Shown in pieces: positions 57,152-64,000 of a DNA stretch of 64,000 nucleotides (positions are counted from its first letter, which is position 1; the number at the start of each line of letters is the position of its first letter). The position numbers and the translations under genes were made by a program. The notes under the pieces were generated by a model. It made no database searches, was not told the origin of the DNA, and worked only from the letters and a program-made list of their open reading frames with translations. The DNA comes from an uncultured Gammaproteobacteria bacterium (GTDB lineage: Bacteria > Patescibacteriota > Microgenomatia > Levybacterales > UBA12049), in assembly GCA_964503265.1 (NCBI GenBank), contig CAZCYO010000002.1:194604-258603 (forward strand), given 5' to 3'.

Positions 57152-58504
57152 TTACAAATCATTCACATATTGTACATATGCTTTTATATCAAACTTTCCT
57201 TTTGCTCCGTTATAACTCATATATCTGATCTTTCCAAATATCTCCCGTTCAAACCATGCCCGGTCATGCACCCCACCCATCGACCATGCAATTCCTGTAT
57301 ATCCGTTTGGATCTCTTCCATCGAGAAAATACTTATCGTTAAGATAGATCGCGTGCTTCATCGCGTCTTCTGGTGTAGCACTCCATTCAAATATTTTTTT
57401 TGCCCAATACATCCGTAAATACCCATGCATTTTCCCTCGTTTTACCATTTCGAGTTGTGCAGCATTCCATAAGTCATCATGAGTCTGACCCTGTTCTAAC
57501 TCAATGAGTGAATAAACATACTCCCTTTTATCTCTTCTATGTTCATCAAGCGTTTTTTGAGCCCATGCAGGAAATCCTTTCGTCGTATCATAGTGAGGAT
57601 TATAGAAACAAAAGTTATCAGATAATTCTTTTCGAACAATGAGTTCTTCCAAAAATGCTTTTTTAGAAGCTGAGTTAGTCGTTGCTCTCTCTACTTCAAG
57701 GGCAATTCGTTGTGATGCGACATGACCGAAGTGAATATATGGCGATAATTCAGATTGTGCATGTTTAGTTGGATCATTTCTTTCTCCATCATATGCATAT
57801 AGTCGATTTTCAATAAATTCACTGAGCGCTTTTTCTGCCGCAATTTCTCCAGGAGTAATCCAATCAACTACTGAGACAGTTATATCTTCTCTAATGTTCT
57901 TTCGAACCTTTTCCCAATCAACAGGTGTTGTTTTTTCAAACCATGGTTTCTCTTGTTTCTTAACAGATGGAAATTCTGTTAAATAGTCTGGTAGTAATCG
58001 CTGAATTTTGGGACGAATAGTATATGCGCCGAATTCTTGTTTTTGAGATGCTATCCATACTGGAACAATATTATGGGTATCTACTTCATAAAAGGGAATC
58101 TCAATTGTTTGACGAATACTCTCCTTCCACGCTCTATTATATCGAAGTGGCGAGAAGTCAGTGACAAGTGCACCAATTTTCTTTTTCGCAACAAACTTTT
58201 CTATTTCTTTTACTGGAGTTCCCTGCAAAAAATAAAATGGAATATTTTTTTCATTCAGAATCTTCTCTACTTCTTGTATTCCATCTAACATGAATTCTAT
58301 TAGCCGAGATGTAGCATGTTCAAATTCTGTTCGTAAACAAAATACGACAGCAAATGGAACATTATGTTCTAAGGCCAATTTCTGTGCAAAAATAAGTGCC
58401 CAGTTATCATTCACGCGTTGATCCCGACTCATCCAGTAAATAATTGGACCTGAAGAATATGATGCATCATTTAGTTGTCGAACACGATCGAGATTGTGAC
58501 TCAT
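57152..58504 (-). CDS. phr: Deoxyribodipyrimidine photolyase, class II CPD photolyase
   Basis: 450 aa; class II signature …PIIYWMSRDQRVNDNWALIFAQ… and C-terminal FAD-binding region …GYTGIAWSMGGVHDRAW…. Confidence 0.85.
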   Translation of the reverse strand: MSHNLDRVRQLNDASYSSGPIIYWMSRDQRVNDNWALIFAQKLALEHNVPFAVVFCLRTEFEHATSRLIEFMLDGIQEVEKILNEKNIPFYFLQGTPVKEIEKFVAKKKIGALVTDFSPLRYNRAWKESIRQTIEIPFYEVDTHNIVPVWIASQKQEFGAYTIRPKIQRLLPDYLTEFPSVKKQEKPWFEKTTPVDWEKVRKNIREDITVSVVDWITPGEIAAEKALSEFIENRLYAYDGERNDPTKHAQSELSPYIHFGHVASQRIALEVERATTNSASKKAFLEELIVRKELSDNFCFYNPHYDTTKGFPAWAQKTLDEHRRDKREYVYSLIELEQGQTHDDLWNAAQLEMVKRGKMHGYLRMYWAKKIFEWSATPEDAMKHAIYLNDKYFLDGRDPNGYTGIAWSMGGVHDRAWFEREIFGKIRYMSYNGAKGKFDIKAYVQYVNDL

Positions 58505-58544
58505 ATATCTATTATACTCTCACTTTTAACTACACGAGGTGTAA

Positions 58545-58582
58545 CCAAAAGAGAGAGGCCGAACTGTTTTTTCGTTCGGCCT
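58545..58582 (-). terminator. Intrinsic terminator of 58620..59240
   Basis: Minus strand: gaggccgaacgaaaaaacagttcggcctc + tctctttt. Confidence 0.6.
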
Positions 58583-58619
58583 CGCCTCCTCTCACATCTG
58601 TGAGAAACTACTTATGCGA

Positions 58620-59240
58620 CTACGAGCCGCCATTGAAAATCGGCCATTCCCGCACGCGCTGCCACCACGGGCGACGCTGCGGCTTCAACCGCGCAAGCAC
58701 ATACTCACGAAACTCCGAAACCCGCTGTTCAGAGTTATCGTCACCTGAGGTGACATACGCACCTCGTGCGGCGAGAAACTCAATCGCAGCCTTGAGTGCT
58801 GGCCCAGTCTTGGAGAACTCCACGTAGCTCACTTCATCCATGAAGTTGAAGTGAGTTTGCGTGATCAACTCGTCTTGCGTCAGCAGCTGCCTGAATACCC
58901 GCAAACCGGACTCTACAGATAGACCTGATAAGTCTGGCAGGATCACGAAGTTAACACTCCCAGCCTTCCGTTCTGTAGGCGAAGAGAGAGTGATTGCCCG
59001 CTCGATCAGGGTATTTGAGAGCTGGTGTGTTCCATCAGGTGGGATCCGAAGGGTCGTCACGACCATTTGATCGAACTGAACCTCTACAATGAGAGGCATC
59101 TGGGTGACGTTATGAACACCGACGAACGGCGCTCGCCCATCTAGAGTAAGAAACGTGTGATATCCACCACACGCACATAGCTTGGGAGAAAGCCTCGACC
59201 CATTTTCAGGATCGTAGACTTCCAGATCAACGAACTGCAT
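58620..59240 (-). CDS. Hypothetical protein (GC-rich), 206 aa
   Basis: Intact ORF; terminator hairpin 58555-58582 downstream. Confidence 0.45.
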   Translation of the reverse strand: MQFVDLEVYDPENGSRLSPKLCACGGYHTFLTLDGRAPFVGVHNVTQMPLIVEVQFDQMVVTTLRIPPDGTHQLSNTLIERAITLSSPTERKAGSVNFVILPDLSGLSVESGLRVFRQLLTQDELITQTHFNFMDEVSYVEFSKTGPALKAAIEFLAARGAYVTSGDDNSEQRVSEFREYVLARLKPQRRPWWQRVREWPIFNGGS

Positions 59241-59574
59241 CTGTTAGTCCTTTCGGTAACATTCATTGAACGAAAATCATTCGTCACCAGTTACGGCTTG
59301 TGCATTTCCTCTTGCGCATGAAGACGAATGATAAACCACATCATAAACAGAATATCTGCTGTTTATAATACGGCTTACCATAGTCCATGAACAAGGAATA
59401 TAAGTAGTTCATAGGGAGGCGATCTAAAAATAAATAATTTTCAAAAAGTAGCTTTCCATTTTCTGCAAATAGAGAATGGAGTACCGTCTGTTACTAGTTA
59501 TTTATTTCCAGATTACTCCCTACAATTTTTTTTAAGGTGCAATTTTTAGATTATAGGATATTATTCGAGGCTAG

Positions 59575-60696
59575 TCAACGGATAAAATGAAGTATAACAG
59601 TGATAGTTATTATAAATCCAGTCACGAGATTGAAGTACATAAATTTTCTAAATAATCCAGAAATCATAGTGCGATCAAGTAAGGACCAAATTGGAAAAAC
59701 AGTGTATCCACCTATAACTGATCCGATGAGAAAGTAATCCTTTCCCTGAAGTAAAAGTAATACGGCTGATATCGCATAAAAGCAAAAGATAGCAAATGAA
59801 GTTTTCGTTTCACCCAGCACTGTCGCGATGGTTTTCATCCCTGCTTTTTTATCTGGAATTATATCTGGCAATGCACCGAGCATATGTGATGCAATTCCCC
59901 AGAAAAAGAAACTCAAAAATTCTATCCTGATTATCCCCTCTCCTCCTCCCCAGAGAAATCCGATCATAGCTGGTAACACAAAGTGAAGTGATGATGTAAT
60001 TGAATCAAGGCCGGGTTTAATTTTCGTGCGAATCGGAGGAACTGAGTATGCGATTGCTAGAAATATCGCAGAAAGATAACTTAAAAAAAGAACATTACTT
60101 CTTAGAAACCCTGGAAAGAATATCAAAGCACATCCGGTACTTACCCACAGCATTAGTTTATGAAGTTTCTTGGGTAAAATAGCACCTTCTATTGAGGCTT
60201 TACGCGGATTTTTTATATCTGTTTCATAATCATAGATGTCATTTATTCCGTAAACGAGTAAGTTATACGGAAGTAAAAAAAACACAACACAAAGTATATC
60301 TTCTAAAATGAATGTTCCCCGCGCAAGAAATATAGCAAGTCCCGCAGGATATGCAGTATTAACCCACGAAAATGGACGAGAAGAAAACATAACCATTCGC
60401 CAATCTTTCCAGGAAAACTTCATTAATGAAGGAATAGAAAAAACAGTAAGAATAAGAGCAAATCCATAGAAAAAATCTTCAATCGGAATCGTTCCAATCA
60501 TAATCCCACTAATAGCGTGTGCATTATAGACCACTATAGGAAGTCCTGTTAAATATGAATCAAAAAGCACCATACATACCATAAATATGCCAACCACTTC
60601 CCAAAACCCCTTTTTAAACATATATTTTTCTCCAATAAATACATCAAATGAAAGGATAATAAGCAGTGGAATAATCGTGAGTAATATATATGTCAT
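59575..60696 (-). CDS. Fusion protein: lycopene-cyclase-domain (CrtYf/CrtYd-like half) + UbiA-family prenyltransferase (lycopene elongase CrtEb/LyeJ-like)
   Basis: ORF 59575..60756; probable start MTYILL… at 60696, overlapping the upstream stop by ATGA. N-terminal ~100 aa: …FDSYLTGLPIVVYNAHAISGIMIGTIPIEDFFYGF (lycopene-cyclase-domain PxE(E/D) motif). Remainder: UbiA motif YGINDIYDYETD (NDxxDxxxD) and polytopic. Confidence 0.65.
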   Translation of the reverse strand: MTYILLTIIPLLIILSFDVFIGEKYMFKKGFWEVVGIFMVCMVLFDSYLTGLPIVVYNAHAISGIMIGTIPIEDFFYGFALILTVFSIPSLMKFSWKDWRMVMFSSRPFSWVNTAYPAGLAIFLARGTFILEDILCVVFFLLPYNLLVYGINDIYDYETDIKNPRKASIEGAILPKKLHKLMLWVSTGCALIFFPGFLRSNVLFLSYLSAIFLAIAYSVPPIRTKIKPGLDSITSSLHFVLPAMIGFLWGGGEGIIRIEFLSFFFWGIASHMLGALPDIIPDKKAGMKTIATVLGETKTSFAIFCFYAISAVLLLLQGKDYFLIGSVIGGYTVFPIWSLLDRTMISGLFRKFMYFNLVTGFIITITVILHFIR

Positions 60697-60995
60697 ATAA
60701 CCTTTCTCCATCTCCCAAGTAGTAGCGTTATATAACTTACAAGTACTAGAAAACATACCTCTTCAAACGGTATACCCGGCAAAATCCAAATACCGATAAC
60801 ATATGCCGAATTTGTGGCGAAAACTCCAAGCAGTACACCGAGTACATCAATTCCTAAAAACAGCAGTACCGTATATCCTATCGCGCGAACCCATGTCTGA
60901 TACTGTTTTTGAAATAATACTATGCTATATCGTTTATCAAGGATTACAAGTCCGATGAGTGAAAATAATAGAACACTAACATAAAGAATCTGCAT
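60693..60995 (-). CDS. Lycopene-cyclase-domain protein (CrtYe/CrtYc-like half of a heterodimeric carotenoid cyclase)
   Basis: 100 aa; …LGIDVLGVLLGVFATNSAYVIGIWILPGIPFEEVCFLVL… (PxEE motif). Confidence 0.65.
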   Translation of the reverse strand: MQILYVSVLLFSLIGLVILDKRYSIVLFQKQYQTWVRAIGYTVLLFLGIDVLGVLLGVFATNSAYVIGIWILPGIPFEEVCFLVLVSYITLLLGRWRKVI

Positions 60996-61019
60996 AAATT
61001 ATAGATAAGCGTATACTGC

Positions 61020-62051
61020 TTATTTTTCTCTTTTTGTGACAAAAGCTACGAGTTCTAGTAATACATGTTTATCTGCTTCTTCAAGTTTTATATTGTTAAT
61101 ACTCATCGTTGCTTCTTCTTCAAGTTTTTTTTGAATTTGTGCAATTTGTTCAGTAATCGCATAGCGTGAAATGAGTTGTTTTACAAAGAGTATGTGGGAT
61201 TCTGTTATATCCTTCCCCTTAAGATCTAAGAGTGTTTCTCTCTCCTCGTTTGTCACGTGTTGTAATAACAAATACCAGTAGAGCGTTTGCTTTCCTTCTT
61301 TGATATCAGATCCAACTGGTTTACCAATTTTTTGCGCGTCCCCATACAATCCTAGTGAATCATCGGTCAGCTGATATAGTTGTCCGATTGCTTCACCGAA
61401 ATGAGTAACATCTTTCATAAACTGAACATCTTCCCCTCCAAATAAACTTCCAAGTATCATAGGAAGTGAAAACGAATATCTTCCTGTTTTATACATGTAC
61501 AATTCTAGAATTTTTTCTTGCGTTATTTCCTCCGGCCACACATCTTGCATTTGTCCAAAACCTACAGTAATCAGCTCATGTGATAATACTTGAAGCATCA
61601 CATGTTTATGTGAAGTCTCAAGCTGTGACAGCACTTCAAATACCATGAAGAACATAATATCTCCGACACATATTCCCATGGAACTACCCATCTGGGCAGT
61701 GTTTACAAGATGTTTTTCTTTTGCTAGATTTCCATATTGTTGATGAATACTTACCTCTCCTCGTCGTAATCCATCCCCATCAATAATATCATCATGAATG
61801 AGTAGTGCAGAATGAATAAGCTCCATCAAAGATGCCAGCACCAATACTTCACGAGTTACGCTAACACCTTTTATCTGTGCTCCAAAAATTACTAATCCTC
61901 CTCGTAATAATTTACCTTTTTTACTATATGGAAATATTCTCGCAAAAACATCGGCAGCCCAAGGAAGATGATGATATTTTTTTTCAAATTCTATCTGTAA
62001 TTCTGTCAGAATCTGATCAATTTCTTTTCGATGATGAGTAAGAATATCCAT
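61020..62051 (-). CDS. crtE: Polyprenyl (geranylgeranyl) diphosphate synthase
   Basis: First Asp-rich motif LLIHDDIIDGDGLRRG; second YQLTDDSLG; trans-isoprenyl diphosphate synthase fold. Confidence 0.8.
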   Translation of the reverse strand: MDILTHHRKEIDQILTELQIEFEKKYHHLPWAADVFARIFPYSKKGKLLRGGLVIFGAQIKGVSVTREVLVLASLMELIHSALLIHDDIIDGDGLRRGEVSIHQQYGNLAKEKHLVNTAQMGSSMGICVGDIMFFMVFEVLSQLETSHKHVMLQVLSHELITVGFGQMQDVWPEEITQEKILELYMYKTGRYSFSLPMILGSLFGGEDVQFMKDVTHFGEAIGQLYQLTDDSLGLYGDAQKIGKPVGSDIKEGKQTLYWYLLLQHVTNEERETLLDLKGKDITESHILFVKQLISRYAITEQIAQIQKKLEEEATMSINNIKLEEADKHVLLELVAFVTKREK

Positions 62052-62053
62052 AA

Positions 62054-62878
62054 CTAAAACAATATTTTTTTCATAACTGTCATACCTATCTTAACTCGTG
62101 ATGGTTTTACTTTTCGTTCAAAAATAACCTGTGGGTTTTTATCAATTTCTTTAATAACATTCTCGTAAAGTTCAGCACAAACGACAATAGGTAGACGATA
62201 TTTTTTAGGGATTAACCTAAATCCTTTTTTCGATTCTGAAATCATACGTAGTATTCTCTCTGTTTGGAAATGTATAAAATTACCAAATTCTTTTTTCTGA
62301 TTTTTGACGACAGTTGCTGCTACTTCGTTAGGTAATCCAAACTTTTTTAGTTCTTCTTGTGGAAGATACACATATCCATTTTTTTGATCTTCATCTATGT
62401 CTCGAATAATATTCACTAACTGCATAGCACGACCAAGTAACTGAGCACTCGAATATGCTTTTTTAGGAATTTCGAGAACATAACACATCATAATTCCTAT
62501 GACTTCCGCAACACCATAGATAAATTCCTGCAGTTCTGCATAGCTTAAAAAAGTTTTTTTCTTGATTGCAACTTCTTGCCCCAAAAAATACTCTTCGATA
62601 ACTCTTCGTGGAATATGTTTTCTTTTAGCAAGACCTATGAAAGCTGCAATTATGACATGTTCACTTTCTTGTTTTCCATCAAATGCACGAAGTGTTTCAC
62701 GTTTATATTTTTTATATTCTTCAAGTTCTGGTGGAATAGCATCTACGAAATCATCCGCAATTCTCACAAAACTATAGAGAATAAAAACATCATTTCGCAC
62801 AGGTTTTGGAAATAACAGTGATGCAGTATAAAATGTTTTACTCGCTTTTTTTGTTATTTCTGCAAATTGATTATTCAT
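62054..62878 (-). CDS. crtB: Phytoene synthase
   Basis: …YGVAEVIG…, …GRAMQLVNIIRDIDEDQKNGYVYLPQEEL… squalene/phytoene synthase signatures. 8-nt overlap with crtI. Confidence 0.85.
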   Translation of the reverse strand: MNNQFAEITKKASKTFYTASLLFPKPVRNDVFILYSFVRIADDFVDAIPPELEEYKKYKRETLRAFDGKQESEHVIIAAFIGLAKRKHIPRRVIEEYFLGQEVAIKKKTFLSYAELQEFIYGVAEVIGIMMCYVLEIPKKAYSSAQLLGRAMQLVNIIRDIDEDQKNGYVYLPQEELKKFGLPNEVAATVVKNQKKEFGNFIHFQTERILRMISESKKGFRLIPKKYRLPIVVCAELYENVIKEIDKNPQVIFERKVKPSRVKIGMTVMKKILF

Positions 62879-64000
62879 ATGTTTTCCTTATTACTTCTTC
62901 AGTTGCTTTTGCAGATAACATCACTCCAGGAACACCAGCACCCGGATGTGTACTCGCGCCAACTAAAAATAACTGTTCAAATTCTTCACTTTTATTGTGT
63001 GGTCGAAAACTTGCACTTTGGAGAAGCGTTGGTTCCAAACTCCAGCATGCTCCCAGATAATTGTTTCGTTCTTTTTCAAAATCATTTGGAGTAAATACTT
63101 CACACACTTCTATATTTTTCTTTAAGTCTTTCATTCCAAAATCATGTTCTAGATACGTAAGTATTTTTTCTTTATAGTCATGTTTCGTTTCATCCCAATT
63201 GATATTTCTTTTTTTCATATTTGTAACTGGCACAAGAACATACATACTCTCACTTCCGTTTGGTGCCATTGATGGATCAGTTCTGGTTGGGATATGTAAA
63301 TACATTGAAAAATCGTCTGGGAGAATCTTTTTATCAAAAATGTCATGTATGAGTTCTTTATATCGTGGAGAAAGAATGAGCGTATGATGGAGTAACTGTG
63401 GATACTTTTTTTTAACACCCAAATACAATAAAAAACAACTCATCGAATAACGTTTTGATTGTATTTTTTTATTTGTCCATCTATTTCTTTTTTTAGCAGG
63501 AATAAGATCCATATATGTATGTGCTACGTGTGCATTTGAAACTACACCATCTGAGAGGATTTTTTTTCCCTTAACTTTGACCCCTACAACTTTTTTATCC
63601 TGAATAAGAATTTCTTCGACTGGACTATTCGTATATACTTTCCCACCAAGTTCTGTAAATAATTTTTCAAGTGCAGTAACCAAACTATACATTCCGCCTT
63701 TTGAGAAAAATACACCATCTTGTTTTTCTAAGTATGGAATCATCAAATAGACACTTGGTGCTGTAAAGGGATTTCCACCGATAAAAAGTGGATGAAACGA
63801 AAAAGCAAATCGTGCACGAAAATCATGAAAAAAAGTGGAGACTCGCATATAGACTGGGAGAAGTGATTGAAGTTTTATCGCAGTTGGAACAAATGAAAGA
63901 AAATCTTTCAGATAAAACGGTCTTCCTCCGACACCATCTAAAAGGACAAATTTATACAATTGTTTTGTATAGTGAATAAATCTGTCATATCCCGCTCCAT
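62871..64000 (-). CDS. crtI: Phytoene desaturase (C-terminal ~375 aa; N-terminus beyond window edge)
   Basis: C-terminal CrtI signature …FLVGASTHPGAGVPGVMLSAKATEEVI…; reading frame runs open to position 64000. Confidence 0.85.
   Translation of the reverse strand, partial: GAGYDRFIHYTKQLYKFVLLDGVGGRPFYLKDFLSFVPTAIKLQSLLPVYMRVSTFFHDFRARFAFSFHPLFIGGNPFTAPSVYLMIPYLEKQDGVFFSKGGMYSLVTALEKLFTELGGKVYTNSPVEEILIQDKKVVGVKVKGKKILSDGVVSNAHVAHTYMDLIPAKKRNRWTNKKIQSKRYSMSCFLLYLGVKKKYPQLLHHTLILSPRYKELIHDIFDKKILPDDFSMYLHIPTRTDPSMAPNGSESMYVLVPVTNMKKRNINWDETKHDYKEKILTYLEHDFGMKDLKKNIEVCEVFTPNDFEKERNNYLGACWSLEPTLLQSASFRPHNKSEEFEQLFLVGASTHPGAGVPGVMLSAKATEEVIRKTYE

Overview
The window is low-GC (roughly 35-40%) bacterial chromosome with Shine-Dalgarno-driven genes (GGAGG-type ribosome-binding sites). 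It carries an ECF sigma factor, a two-component system, MscL and a bacterial MetK, and is dense in small hypothetical and membrane proteins. The host is probably a small-genome bacterium, possibly Patescibacteria-like; that is inference only. Housekeeping and stress genes I can recognise: split transketolase (N and C subunits) with glycerate kinase; DNA topoisomerase IB; PurF; MetK; glutamine synthetase; an RsuA/RluB-type pseudouridine synthase; a DEDD-type 3'-5' exonuclease; and a methionine-sulfoxide-repair cluster (exported MsrB, a fused CcdA-thioredoxin protein, cytoplasmic MsrB, MsrA). At the right edge there is a light-related neighbourhood: class II CPD photolyase, MscL, and a carotenoid operon (crtI, crtB, GGPP synthase, a split lycopene-cyclase-domain gene pair and a UbiA-type elongase). 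In that operon the second cyclase half is fused to the elongase, which is a C50-carotenoid-type layout. Four things stand out. (1) Several discrete GC-rich gene islands (about 50-58% GC) sit in the AT-rich background. The largest (8.7-12.5 kb) encodes a divergent protein-kinase-fold protein plus three unknowns. A second (29.0-31.3 kb) is a duplicated cassette of three paralogous genes, with the roughly 108-nt 5' leader copied twice and the terminator module copied twice. (2) A family of at least 14 conserved extended palindromes (TGTCATYCC...GGRATGACA) serves as intergenic hairpins or terminators, and two copies overlap the start regions of both transketolase subunit genes. (3) A heptanucleotide microsatellite, (AGTTATT)8, lies in a divergent promoter region. 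(4) A divergent adenylosuccinate-synthetase-like gene sits convergent with a large gene carrying a Pol-beta-type nucleotidyltransferase motif. I found no rRNA, no convincing tRNA, no CRISPR array, and no phage structural or integrase genes.
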